A stretch of 63,911 nucleotides of DNA, the filler included, from Reclinomonas americana ATCC 50394 (taxonomy: Eukaryota), in the NCBI GenBank assembly GCA_048213135.1. It is 9 parts of 4 records of this genome, joined end to end, with 100 filler letters (N's around TTAATTAATTAA, not from the genome) between each part and the next. Parts side by side here need not be neighbours in the genome. Positions count along the whole stretch, not along the records: positions 26,484 to 38,014 come from PS015357.1; positions 38,115 to 43,012 come from PS015358.1; positions 43,113 to 52,653 come from PS015358.1; 6 more parts are not named here. One strand, written 5' to 3'. Below the pieces are notes generated by a model. The model made no database searches. It saw nothing but the letters and a program-made list of their open reading frames with translations, and was not told where the DNA came from. The translations under genes were made by a program, and so were the position numbers. Shown piece after piece: positions 33,878-44,097 of this stretch; position 1 is the first letter of the stretch; every line of letters begins with the position of its first letter.

Positions 33878-34115
33878 CGGAGCAATCTAGCGCTGGAGGT
33901 CATCAACCGGAAGCTGCGTTCATGCCGCAGGGATACTCCGACTTCCCTCCGCACGATGCCACTTGGCGATCCCTCTTGGCCACCCCACATGAGATCATAG
34001 GCGCACAGGCTGGCGCCCATCTCTGGCGTCGACGCGAAGAGATGAGTTGAGGACGGTTCGCGTTTGCGTCGGGGGCAGGGCCCGGATGCCCGGCAGTCAT
34101 CAAAGCGCCCCCTTT

Positions 34116-34131
34116 CGGCCAGGAACTTGCA
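34116..34131 (+). promoter_or_regulatory. Putative sigma54 -24/-12 promoter of the prkA operon
   Basis: CGGCCAGGAACTTGCA has GG-N10-GC spacing with TTGCA, about 70 nt before the ATG. Confidence 0.55.
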
Positions 34132-34199
34132 AGTCTGTCTGCGGTTGAATGTTCAGGGGCACTGTCGGCGAGGCCGGCTTGCGCTGGAGGGCTACCACG

Positions 34200-36146
34200 A
34201 TGGAACGAGACGGCGAGGTCTTCCGCTTATTTTCCGAGGATTATCGAAGCTATTCGCAGGAAGAGATGAGCCTGCAGGAATACCTGCTGGCCTGTCGCGA
34301 AGACAAGTCGATGTACGCTTCCGCCGCCGAGCGCATGCTCGACGCGATCGGCAAGCCGAAACTGTTCGACACCAGCCAGGACGAGCGCCTGGGCAGGATT
34401 TTTTCCAACCGGACGATCAAGATCTACCCGTCCTTCGCCGATTTCTTCGGCATGGAGGATACGATCGAGCGGATCGCCGGCTATTTCCGCTACGCCTCGC
34501 AAGGGCTGGAGGAGCGCAAGCAGATCCTCTATCTGCTCGGCCCCGTCGGCGGCGGCAAGTCGTCGCTGGCCGAGCGGCTGAAGAAGCTGATGGAGGAGCG
34601 GCCCTTCTACACGCTCAAGGTCGGCGACCGGATCAGTCCGGTCTTCGAATCGCCACTGGGCCTGTTCCGGCCCGACCGCATGGGCGATCTCTTCGAAGAC
34701 AAGTACGGCATCGCCCGCAGGCGCCTGACCGGGCTGATCTCGCCTTGGGCGTCGAAGCGGCTCGACGAGCTCTCGGGCGACATCGCCAAGTTCAAGGTGG
34801 TCAAGCTGATGCCCTCACGCCTGCGGCAGATCGGCATCGCCAAGACCGAGCCGGGCGACGAGAACAACCAGGATGTCTCGACGCTCGTCGGCAAGGTCGA
34901 TATCCGCCAGCTCGAGAATTTCAGCCAGTCGGACCCGGATGCCTATTCCTATAGCGGCGGGCTGAACCGGACGACGCAGGGCCTGCTCGAATTCGTCGAG
35001 ATGTTCAAGGCGCCGATCAAGGTGCTGCACCCGTTGCTGACCGCGACGCAGGAGGGCAGCTACAACGGCACCGAGAATTTCGGCGGCTTTCCCTATCAGG
35101 GCATCGTGCTGGCGCACTCCAACGAGTCGGAATGGCTCCAGTTCAAGAACAACAAGAACAACGAGGCGTTCCTTGACCGCATCCTGGTGGTCAAGGTGCC
35201 CTATTGCCTGCGCGTCACCGAAGAGCGGCAGATCTACGAGAAGCTGCTGCGCGAGAGCGAGCTGGCGGGCAGCCCGTGCGCGCCGGAGGTGCTCGACCTC
35301 CTCAGCCGCTTCTCGGTCTCGACCCGGCTGGCCGAGTTCGAGAATTCGCCGCTCTACACCAAGATGCGCGTCTATGACGGCGAGAACCTGAAGGAGGTCG
35401 AGCCCAAGGCCAAGGCCATGCAGGAGTATCGCGACGCCGCCGGGGTCGACGAGGGCATGACCGGCGTCAGCACGCGTTTCGCCTTCAAGATCCTGTCGCA
35501 GACCTTCAATTACGATACCGAAGAGCTCGCCGCCGACCCCGTGCACCTGATGTACATCCTGGAAGGGGCGATCAAGCGCGAGCAGTTCCCGAAGGAGACG
35601 GAAGCGGCCTATCTCGACTTCATCAAGTCCGAGCTGGCGACGCGCTATGCCGAGTTCATCGGCCACGAGATCCAGAAGGCCTATCTGGAATCCTATGGCG
35701 AGTACGGCCAGAACCTGTTCGACCGCTACATCGCCTATGCCGACGCCTGGGTCGAGGACCAGGACTACAAGGATCCAGACACCGGCCAGATCCTCAACCG
35801 GCAGGTCCTCGACAACGAATTGTCGCAGATCGAGAAGCCGGCCGGCATCGCCAACCCCAAGGACTTCCGCAACGAGGTGGTGAAGTTCACCTTGCGCGCC
35901 AGGGCCAGGAACAACGGCCGCAACCCGTCCTGGACCAGCTATGAGAAGCTGCGCGAAGTGATCGAGAAGCGGATGTTCGGCCAGGTCGAGGACCTGTTGC
36001 CGGTGATCAGCTTCGGCTCGAAGCAGGACAGCGTGACCGAGAAGCGCCATCACGGCTTCGTGCAGCGCATGGTCGAGCGCGGCTATACCGAGCGCCAGGT
36101 CCGGCGCCTGGTCGACTGGTACATGCGCGTCAACAAGGCGGGCTAG
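34200..36146 (+). CDS. prkA: PrkA/YeaG serine kinase/AAA+ ATPase
   Basis: GLEERKQILYLLGPVGGGKSS, EPGDENNQD, EFVEMFKAPIK. Confidence 0.96.
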   Translation: MERDGEVFRLFSEDYRSYSQEEMSLQEYLLACREDKSMYASAAERMLDAIGKPKLFDTSQDERLGRIFSNRTIKIYPSFADFFGMEDTIERIAGYFRYASQGLEERKQILYLLGPVGGGKSSLAERLKKLMEERPFYTLKVGDRISPVFESPLGLFRPDRMGDLFEDKYGIARRRLTGLISPWASKRLDELSGDIAKFKVVKLMPSRLRQIGIAKTEPGDENNQDVSTLVGKVDIRQLENFSQSDPDAYSYSGGLNRTTQGLLEFVEMFKAPIKVLHPLLTATQEGSYNGTENFGGFPYQGIVLAHSNESEWLQFKNNKNNEAFLDRILVVKVPYCLRVTEERQIYEKLLRESELAGSPCAPEVLDLLSRFSVSTRLAEFENSPLYTKMRVYDGENLKEVEPKAKAMQEYRDAAGVDEGMTGVSTRFAFKILSQTFNYDTEELAADPVHLMYILEGAIKREQFPKETEAAYLDFIKSELATRYAEFIGHEIQKAYLESYGEYGQNLFDRYIAYADAWVEDQDYKDPDTGQILNRQVLDNELSQIEKPAGIANPKDFRNEVVKFTLRARARNNGRNPSWTSYEKLREVIEKRMFGQVEDLLPVISFGSKQDSVTEKRHHGFVQRMVERGYTERQVRRLVDWYMRVNKAG

Positions 36147-36193
36147 AGCGTCGGCCCGAAAAGTGGGGTCCGGTTTTCGGACGAAGCCGATGC
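36143..36193 (+). repeat. CTAG-anchored palindromic intergenic repeat (rhizobial RIME/BRU-RS-like)
   Basis: CTAGAGCGTCGGCCCGAAAAGTGGGGTCCGGTTTTCGGACGAAGCCGATGC; a related copy lies at 49072-49142 (-). Confidence 0.65.
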
Positions 36194-36223
36194 AAGAGTA
36201 AGAGTCCCGGCGGGGAGCCTGCC

Positions 36224-37528
36224 ATGCCGATCTTCATCGACCGCCGCCTGAACCCGAAGGACAAGAGCCTGGGCAACCGCCAGCGCTTCCTGCACCGGGT
36301 CCGGGCGGAGCTGAAGCGCAGCGTCCAGGAGCAGATCCGCTCCGGCAAGATCGCCGATGCGGATGGCGAGCATGCCGTCTCGATCCCGGCCAAGGGCACG
36401 AGCGAGCCGAGCTTCCGCGCCGCCGGGGACAGCGGCCGGCGCCAGCATGTCCTACCGGGTAACAAGCAATTTTCGCCGGGGGACAAGGTGCCGAAGCCCG
36501 GCCAGGGCAGCGGAGCGGGCTCGTCCCCCGGCTTGCAGGATTCCGAGGACGATTTCCGCTTCGTACTCTCGCGCGAGGAGGTGCTCGACCTGTTCTTCGA
36601 GGATCTCGAGCTGCCGGACATGGTCAAGCTCAATCTGAAGGAAATCCTCACCGCCAAGCCGCGACGGGCGGGCTTCGCGTCGAGCGGCTCGCCGACCAAC
36701 ATCAATGTCTCGCGCACTATGCGCAACAGCCATGGCCGCCGCATCGCCCTGCAGCGGCCCAAGCGCGCCGAGGTCGAGGCCATCCTCGCCGAGCTGGCGA
36801 AGATCGAGGCCGAGGGAACGGATATGGCGCGCGCCAGGGCGGCTGCCCTGCGCGCCGAGCTCGACCGGCTGGAGCGCCGGCGCCGGGTGATCGCGTTCGT
36901 CGACCCCGTCGACATCCGCTTCAATCGCTTCGAGGCACAGCCGCTGCCGAATGCGAATGCGGTAATGTTCTGTCTGATGGACGTCTCCGGCTCGATGGGC
37001 GAGCGCGAGAAGGACCTGGCCAAGCGCTTCTTCGTGCTGCTGCATCTGTTCCTGAAGCGGCGCTATGACCGTACCGACATCGTCTTCATCCGCCATACTC
37101 ATGTCGCGCAGGAGGTCGACGAGGACACTTTCTTCCTGAGCACGCAGAGCGGCGGCACCGTCGTCTCCACCGCGCTGGAGGAGATGCAGCGCGTCATCGC
37201 GCAGCGCTATCCCAGCAAGGACTGGAACATTTATGTCGCGCAGGCCTCGGACGGCGACAATTTCGCCAGCGATTCCGAGCGCTGCCTGCGCCTGCTCGAC
37301 AGCGAGATCATGCGCCTGTGCCAGTATTTCGCCTATGTCGAGATCATCGACGAGCGCGAGAGCGAGATCTTCGGCTCGACCGACAACGGCACCTCGCTCT
37401 GGCGCGCCTATCTCACTGTCAAGGAACGCTGGCCGAATTTCGACATGACCCGCATCGCCCGGGCCGCCGACATCTACCCGGTCTTCCGCCAGCTCTTCAC
37501 CCGGCAGCCGGCGCGGCCGCGCAACTGA
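36224..37528 (+). CDS. yeaH: YeaH/YhbH (UPF0229) vWA-like protein
   Basis: IDRRLNPKDKSLGNRQRF, MDVSGSM, QASDGDN. Confidence 0.93.
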   Translation: MPIFIDRRLNPKDKSLGNRQRFLHRVRAELKRSVQEQIRSGKIADADGEHAVSIPAKGTSEPSFRAAGDSGRRQHVLPGNKQFSPGDKVPKPGQGSGAGSSPGLQDSEDDFRFVLSREEVLDLFFEDLELPDMVKLNLKEILTAKPRRAGFASSGSPTNINVSRTMRNSHGRRIALQRPKRAEVEAILAELAKIEAEGTDMARARAAALRAELDRLERRRRVIAFVDPVDIRFNRFEAQPLPNANAVMFCLMDVSGSMGEREKDLAKRFFVLLHLFLKRRYDRTDIVFIRHTHVAQEVDEDTFFLSTQSGGTVVSTALEEMQRVIAQRYPSKDWNIYVAQASDGDNFASDSERCLRLLDSEIMRLCQYFAYVEIIDERESEIFGSTDNGTSLWRAYLTVKERWPNFDMTRIARAADIYPVFRQLFTRQPARPRN

Positions 37529-37539
37529 AGGGAGCGCCG

Positions 37540-38014
37540 ATGGCCAGGCATGCGCACCGACCCGATCTGCTGTTCACCGGCTCGGACTGGAATTTCGGAA
37601 CCCTGTCGCACACCTATGACGTCATCGAGGCGGTGGCGAAGGAGGAGCTGCGGCTCGACATCTATCCGGTGCAGATGGAGGTGATCTCCTCCGAGCAGAT
37701 GCTCGACGCCTATTCCTCGATCGGCATGCCGCTGATGTATCGCCACTGGTCCTTCGGCAAGCACTTCCTCCATCACGAACTGCACTACCGCAAGGGCGGC
37801 CGCGGCCTCGCCTATGAGATCGTCATCAATTCCGACCCCTGCATCGTCTATCTGATGGAAGAGAACACCATGGCCCTGCAGGCCCTGGTGACGGCGCATG
37901 CGGCACTCGGGCACAACCATTTCTTCAAGAACAACTATCTGTTCCGGCAATGGACCGACGCCGATGCGATCCTGGGCTATCTCGATTTCGCCAAGGGCTA
38001 CATCACCCGCTGCG
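37540..38014 (+). CDS. SpoVR/YcgB family protein, partial
   Basis: GMPLMYRHWSFGK, LAYEIVINSDPC, HAALGHNHFFKNN. Confidence 0.93.
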
Positions 38015-38114
38015 NNNNNNNNNNNNNNNNNNNNNNNNNNNNNNNNNNNNNNNNNNNNTTAATTAATTAANNNNNNNNNNNNNNNNNNNNNNNNNNNNNN
38101 NNNNNNNNNNNNNN

Positions 38115-38205
38115 GGGCCGGCACCCAGTGGCGCCGCATCAACTGGCCCATGGGCGCATCGCCCTCGACACGGCATAGCAATTGGTTTTCTTCGTGCGTC
38201 AGCAT
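38115..38205 (-). CDS. ophA2: Phthalate 4,5-dioxygenase oxygenase subunit, first 30 codons (absent from ORF track)
   Basis: MLTHEENQLLCRVEGDAPMGQLMRRHWVPA closely resembles the OphA2/Pht3 N-terminus; GGAGG RBS; divergent from the reductase. Confidence 0.8.
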
Positions 38206-38251
38206 TGGCTTCCCTCCATCCATCGGCCGGGGCTAGCCAGCCGGATAATAC

Positions 38252-38263
38252 TTAGATATCTAA
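38252..38263. promoter_or_regulatory. Palindromic operator TTAGATATCTAA between divergent oph genes
   Basis: Perfect AT-rich 12-bp palindrome; TTAG-N4-CTAA recurs at 41954-41965. Confidence 0.6.
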
Positions 38264-38320
38264 TCCTCACATTAGTCTGGATGCAAGCTCCTGTCGAGCG
38301 GGGGCAGGCTGAGGGTGAAA

Positions 38321-39280
38321 ATGGCCGAGGAAAATCAGACCTTTAATGTCAAAATCGTCGAGAAGCGGGCGATCGCGGACGACATTGTGATGTTCGAACT
38401 GCAGACCGTCGACGGCAGCCCGCTGCCGCCTTTCACGCCGGGCGCGCATTTGGGCGTGCAGGTGCCCAATGGCGAGCTCCGCAAATATTCGCTCTGCAAC
38501 GGGCCTGACGAACTCGACCGCTACGTCATCGCGGTGAAGAAGGAGCATGGCGGGCGCGGCGGGTCGATCAGCTTGATCGAGGGCACCGAGATCGGCGACG
38601 AACTTCCGATCACGCCCCCGCGCAACGACTTCTCCCTGAAGGAGGGTCCGTCGAGCTACATCTTCATCGCCGGGGGCATCGGGATCACGCCGATCCGGTC
38701 GATGATCCGCCATCTGATGGCGACGCGGGGCAGGCCGTTCAAGCTCTATTACTTCACACGGACGCCGGCGATGATGGCGTTTCGCGAGGAATTTGCCGGC
38801 CCGGAATTCCGCGGCAAGGTCGTCATCCACCACGACAACGGCGACCCGGAACAGGCCTATGACCTCTGGCCCGTGTTGGAGGAGCCGAAGGGCGCCCATC
38901 TCTACTGCTGTGGCCCGCGCGGCCTGATGGAGGCCGTGCGCGACATGACCGGCCACTGGTCGTCGGCTGCGGTGCATTTCGAGGATTTCGGCGCCGCCAG
39001 GGCTCGCCCGGAGGACAACACGCCCTTTACCGTCGTTCTGGCCAAGAGCGGCGAGCGCTACGAGATCCCGGTCGACAAGACGATCCTCGAGGTGCTCCGC
39101 GCCGCGGGCAAGACATTGCCGAGCTCCTGCGAGAGCGGCACCTGCGGCACCTGCAAGACGCGGCTCGTCGGCGGCGAACCCGATCACCGTGATCTGGCCC
39201 TTTCCGAGCAGGAACGCGCGCGCAACATCATGATCTGCGTCTCGCGCGCGAAATCCGACGAACTTGTGCTCGATCTCTGA
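38321..39280 (+). CDS. ophA1: Phthalate dioxygenase reductase (PDR/VanB family)
   Basis: RKYSLCN, GRGGS, AGGIGITP, IHHDNGDP, VRDMTGHW, SSCESGTCGTCKT, CVSRAKSDELVLDL. Confidence 0.9.
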   Translation: MAEENQTFNVKIVEKRAIADDIVMFELQTVDGSPLPPFTPGAHLGVQVPNGELRKYSLCNGPDELDRYVIAVKKEHGGRGGSISLIEGTEIGDELPITPPRNDFSLKEGPSSYIFIAGGIGITPIRSMIRHLMATRGRPFKLYYFTRTPAMMAFREEFAGPEFRGKVVIHHDNGDPEQAYDLWPVLEEPKGAHLYCCGPRGLMEAVRDMTGHWSSAAVHFEDFGAARARPEDNTPFTVVLAKSGERYEIPVDKTILEVLRAAGKTLPSSCESGTCGTCKTRLVGGEPDHRDLALSEQERARNIMICVSRAKSDELVLDL

Positions 39281-39289
39281 GGAACGGCG

Positions 39290-40489
39290 ATGAGCGATCC
39301 GTTGCGCCTTGGCGTGGTCGGTCTCGGCCGCGCTTTCATGCTGATGCTGCCCACCTTCGCCCAGCATCCGCTGGTGCGCCTGACCGCGGCGAGCGATCCG
39401 CGCGAGGAAGCGAGGCGGCAGTTCGAAGCCGATTTTTCAACGCCCGCCTCGGCCGCGCGCTCCTACGAGACGCCCGAAGCGCTGTGCGCCGATCCCGGCG
39501 TGGAAGTGGTCTATATCGCCTCGCCCCACCAGTTCCATGTCGAGCATGTGCGGCTGGCCGCGCGCGCCGGGAAGCATATTCTCGTCGAGAAGCCGATGGC
39601 CCTTGCCCTGGCCGATTGCCGGGCCATGATCCTGGCCGCCCGCGAAAACGGCGTCCATCTCCTGGTGGGTCACAGCCACTCCTTCGACGCTCCCTATCTT
39701 CGCGCCGCCGAGCTGATCCGCTCCGGTGAATACGGCCGGCCGCGCATGATCCTGGCCGCGAATTTCACGGATTTCCTCTACAGGCCCCGAAGGCCGGAGG
39801 AGCTCGACACCAGCCAGGGCGGCGGCGTGGTGTTCAGCCAGGCCGCGCACCAGGTGGACGTCGTCAGGCTGCTGGCGGGAAGCAGGATCAGCACCGTCCG
39901 CGCCGTGACGGCACGGCTCGATCCGGCGCGCCCGACCGAGGGCGCCTACCAGGCGTTCCTGACTTTCTCCGATGGCGCGAGCGCCATGCTGACCTACAGC
40001 GGCTACGGCCGCTACGACACCGACGAGCAGCTGGGCTGGCTCGGCGAGATCGGCCAGAAGAGGGACCCGTCGCAATATGGCTCGGCGCGCCGAGCGCTCG
40101 CCAAGATCGCGACGCCGGAGGAAGAAGCCGCGCTCAAGAACAAGCGCGCCTACGGCATCTCGACAGGCGAAGCCGGTCCCTTTCCCGTCCCGGCAGGTCA
40201 CAACCATTTCGGACACGTCGTGGTCTCGTGCGACAAGGCCGATCTGCGGCCGACGGCCGAAGGGGTCCACATCTACGCCGACGAACGCAACTGGCTCGAC
40301 CGGTTGCCGGTCCCGGTGGTGCCGCGATCGGAGGTCGTGGACGAGCTCTACGCGGCCGTGCGCAATGGGGTGCCGCCGCTCCACTCCGGCGAGTGGGGCA
40401 TGGCGACGCTGGAAGCCTGCCTCGCCATCCTCGATTCGGCGGCCTCCGGCCGGGAGATCGACCTCGGCGGCTCACCTGCGGGCGTCTGA
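39290..40489 (+). CDS. ophB: Phthalate 4,5-cis-dihydrodiol dehydrogenase (Gfo/Idh/MocA)
   Basis: GLGRAFMLMLP, EKPMA, VGHSHSFD, TDFLYRPRRPEEL; follows the reductase. Confidence 0.85.
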   Translation: MSDPLRLGVVGLGRAFMLMLPTFAQHPLVRLTAASDPREEARRQFEADFSTPASAARSYETPEALCADPGVEVVYIASPHQFHVEHVRLAARAGKHILVEKPMALALADCRAMILAARENGVHLLVGHSHSFDAPYLRAAELIRSGEYGRPRMILAANFTDFLYRPRRPEELDTSQGGGVVFSQAAHQVDVVRLLAGSRISTVRAVTARLDPARPTEGAYQAFLTFSDGASAMLTYSGYGRYDTDEQLGWLGEIGQKRDPSQYGSARRALAKIATPEEEAALKNKRAYGISTGEAGPFPVPAGHNHFGHVVVSCDKADLRPTAEGVHIYADERNWLDRLPVPVVPRSEVVDELYAAVRNGVPPLHSGEWGMATLEACLAILDSAASGREIDLGGSPAGV

Positions 40490-40518
40490 GCCGTTCTCCC
40501 GACGGCGCAGACGCCGGC

Positions 40519-41762
40519 TCAGGCGCAGGCGGGCCGCTCCGGCGCGAAGCCCATGATGGCGGTGAAGCGCCGGCTGAAATCCGGCCAGGCTGCCGGATTG
40601 ACGATGCGCGGCGGCGCCCGGCCGTTCAACAGTTCGATCCACTGCTGTGCCGCCGAAACCGCCATCTGGCGCAGTGCCTNNNNNNNNNNNNNNNNNNNNN
40701 NNNNNNNNNNNNNNNNNNNNNNNNNNNNNNNNNNNNNNNNNNNNNNNNNNNNNNNNNNNNNNNNNNNNNNNNNNNNNNNNNNNNNNNNNNNNNNNNNNNN
40801 NNNNNNNNNNNNNNNTGTGCCGCCGAAACCGCCATCTGGCGCAGTGCCTCCTCGGTGATGCCGGCCGTATGCGGCGTCGCGAGGACATTGTCGAAAGCCA
40901 GCAGCGGGTGGTCCAGCGGCGGCGGCTCCTTCTGGAACACGTCGATGCCGGCTCCCGCGATGCGCCGCTCGCGCAAGGCCGCGGCGAGCGCCTCTTCGTC
41001 ATGGATTCCGCCGCGAGCGGTGTTGATGAAATAGGCGGTCTGCTTCATGAGCGCGAACTCCGACGCGCCCAGCATGTTGAGCGTTTGCTTCGAGCGCGGG
41101 CAGTGAACGGAGACGTAGTCGCTGCTGCGCAGGAGCTCGCCGAGATCGACCTTGCGTCCATGGCGGCGCGCGATCTCATCGGCATCGAGATGGGGATCGC
41201 AGGCCAGCACCGTCATGCCGAACAGCCCGTGGCAGAGTTCGGCGAAGCGGCGGCCGATCGTGCCGATGCCGATGATGCCGACCGTCTTGCCGTGGATGTC
41301 GTTGCCTTGCAGGGCATAGCGGTCGATTGCAGCGCCCGGCCGGCGCAGCAGCTTGTCGGCGAGCCCGATGCGCTTGGACAGGGCGAGCATCAGCCCCAGC
41401 GCGTGCTCGGCCACCGCCTCGGTATTGGTTCCGCCCTGGTTGCAGACCAGAACGCCGGCCGCCGTGCAGGCATCGACGTCGATATAGTCGTAGCCCGCGC
41501 CGGTCGAGCTCATCGCCAGCAGATTCGGACAGCGCGCGATCAGCGCCGCATCGCCGAACCAGGGTTCGCGCAGCTCGGTGCGTGCCTGGACCTGATAGCC
41601 ATGGGCGCCGGCCATGATCTGCCAGTTGCGGGCTTCCGGCGTGGCGTAGTCGAGCTTGACCAGCTCGAGGTCGTCGCGGTCGCGCAGCATGGTCTCGGCT
41701 ATGGAGTCGACCCAGCTGTCGAAGAAGACGAGCCGCGGCCTGTTGGTCGAAATGCCTGTCAT
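40519..41762 (-). CDS. D-2-hydroxyacid dehydrogenase (SerA-like); internal false gap
   Basis: GAGYDYID, GIIGIGTIG, INTARGG, TPHTAG. A 34-nt sequence is duplicated on both sides of gap 40680-40815. Confidence 0.88.
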
Positions 41763-41975
41763 GATCCGTCCGTCCGGGAGCTAGGCCGCATCTGCGGCGG
41801 TTCCAGTGAAGAATACGCCGCTCGATCCGCAGGAAGCCGGGATTGAGCGCGAAGCCGCAGCATGGGCGCCCGCCTGCCCGTCCGTGCTGAGGGGCACCGA
41901 CGCTTCGACCGGGAGCTTGGCCGCGAGGCGATTGCCATTCTCCGGAATGTCGCTTAGTTTTCTAACTAATAAAAG

Positions 41976-43012
41976 ATGGAAACGGCGCTGGCGAGCAGGA
42001 GGAGAGCATTGAGAATCTTGCTGAGCCTACTCGTCGGGCTGGGAATCGTCGCGGCGACATCGGTGGCCGCCGAAGGAACCAAACAGCTTCATGTCGCGAT
42101 CGTCTCGCGAACGATATTTTATCTCCCTGTCTGGCTGGCAGTGGAGAAAGGCTACTTCAAGGACGAGGGGCTCGACGTTCGCATCGACGTCTTCGACAAT
42201 GCCGAGAAAATCAACGGCGCCCTGCGTGAGAACGCCGTCCAAATCGCCGTCTCGACGCCCGAGAGCATCATCGTCGACGCGCTCAAGGGCGGCAGTTTGC
42301 GAATGGTCGCCGGGAACGCCGGTCGGCTGCCGCACTATGTGATCGCGCGCCCGGAGATCCGTTCCATCGCGGATCTGCGCGGCAAGACGATCGGCGTGCT
42401 GTCGAACGAGGAAGGCACCACGCATCTCGTGCCTGAAGTGACACGCAGCGCGGGCCTCCGGTCCTCCGACTACACGGTGAAGGCTGTGGGCGGCGCGCCG
42501 ACGCGCTGGCGGCTATTGCGTTCGGGCGAGATCGACGCCGGCCTTCAGCCGTTCCCGCTGAGCTACGAGGCTGAGGCTGCCGGCTTCAGCAATCTCGGCC
42601 CCTTGGCGAATTTCGTGCCCGACTGGCAGTTCACGAGCGTCAATGTCGACCTGCGCTGGGCGGAGCGGCATCGGGCGGAACTCGTCGGCGCCCTGCGCGC
42701 CCTGCAGCGAGGGCTCGATGCGATCGCCGGGGATCCCGCGGCCGCGGTCAAGGTCGCGGCGCGCGAGCTCCAAACCGACGAGAAGCTCGCCGAGCGCGCC
42801 ATCCGGGATACTGCCAAGCTGGGGATATTGACGCCGAAGATGGAGATCTCCGCCGCAGGCACGAGGCGGGTCCATCAGGCATTGATCGCGGCCGGGCTCG
42901 TCCGGGACGAGCCGTTCGGCCTCGAACCGCGTTTCCGATGCGCGGTTTCTGTCAGGAAAGCCGCCGATGAACGAGCCGGCGCGATCCCGGAGTTCCTCCG
43001 GCCAGGGACGAG
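41976..43012 (+). CDS. ABC substrate-binding protein (NMT1/SsuA-like); 3' end unreliable
   Basis: Signal peptide, LAVEKGYFKDEGLDV, DLRGKTIGV. Confidence 0.82.
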
Positions 43013-43262
43013 NNNNNNNNNNNNNNNNNNNNNNNNNNNNNNNNNNNNNNNNNNNNTTAATTAATTAANNNNNNNNNNNNNNNNNNNNNNNNNNNNNNNN
43101 NNNNNNNNNNNNACGCACCGGTTCGCGGGCTGTCGCGCACAGCCCTGGCCAGATGACGGATCGCAACCGTGAAGCCGTTCTGCCGCCGCCTTGAGAGAGA
43201 CTGCGCCGATCCCCGCCGGCCGGTGCCGGCGGCTCTGCGCAACTTCAGGTGGGAGGACTCGT

Positions 43263-44078
43263 TTGGCCAATGATCTCGAGATACGCGGCGTTTCGAAGCG
43301 CTATGGCGATCCGCCCGGCGGGTTGCTGGCGGTCAGCGACATCAGCCTGAATGTGCGGACGGGCGAATTCGTCTCGATCATCGGGCCGAGCGGCTGCGGC
43401 AAGTCGACCCTGTTCGGCATCATCGGTGGGCTCCTTCCCGACTACGAAGGCGAGGTGCGCGTCGGAGGGCGGCGTCATGTCGGGACGCACAAGGACATCG
43501 GCATCGTCTTTCAGGAAGAATCCACCCTGCCTTGGCGGACCGTGCTGGCCAATGTCGCGCTGCCCTTGGAGATCCAGGGGGTCCCGCGAGCGGAGCGCGA
43601 GGAGCGCGCGCGCCATTATATCGAGCTCGTCGGCCTGACCGGCTTCGAGAACAGCCGCCCTGTCGAACTGTCCGGCGGCATGCGGCAGCGGACGGCGATC
43701 GCGCGCACCCTGGCCTTCCAGCCAAAGGTGCTGCTGATGGACGAGCCCTTCGGCGCGCTTGACGAGCAGACGCGGCTGCTGCTCGGCGACCGGGTGCTCG
43801 CCATCCACAAGGAGCTGAAACAGACGACCTTGCTGATCACCCACAACATCACCGAGGCGGTCCAGCTCAGCGATCGGGTGGTGGTGATGTCCTATCGGCC
43901 GGGGCGTGTGCTGCGGATCGTCGACATCGACCTGCCGCGGCCGCGCAGCTCCGACAGCGTCACCGACGAGCGTTTCGGGCGCTACGTCGCCGAGATCTGG
44001 GGCGACCTCCGCGCGGAGGCGAGCCGCGGCATGAAGGAAGCCGAGGCGTTACGGGGAAGCGGCCGAAGAGCCGGCTGA
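43263..44078 (+). CDS. ABC transporter ATPase (SsuB/TauB type)
   Basis: GGAGG RBS with TTG start; [25 protein letters not shown]. Confidence 0.9.
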   Translation: MANDLEIRGVSKRYGDPPGGLLAVSDISLNVRTGEFVSIIGPSGCGKSTLFGIIGGLLPDYEGEVRVGGRRHVGTHKDIGIVFQEESTLPWRTVLANVALPLEIQGVPRAEREERARHYIELVGLTGFENSRPVELSGGMRQRTAIARTLAFQPKVLLMDEPFGALDEQTRLLLGDRVLAIHKELKQTTLLITHNITEAVQLSDRVVVMSYRPGRVLRIVDIDLPRPRSSDSVTDERFGRYVAEIWGDLRAEASRGMKEAEALRGSGRRAG

Positions 44079-44097
44079 ATCGAGAGGAGAGAAACGT

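Noticed and set aside
40646..40849. 34-nt direct repeat (possible target-site duplication) in the dehydrogenase gene
   Set aside because: Identical contig-end overlap around Ns; merging restores one ORF.
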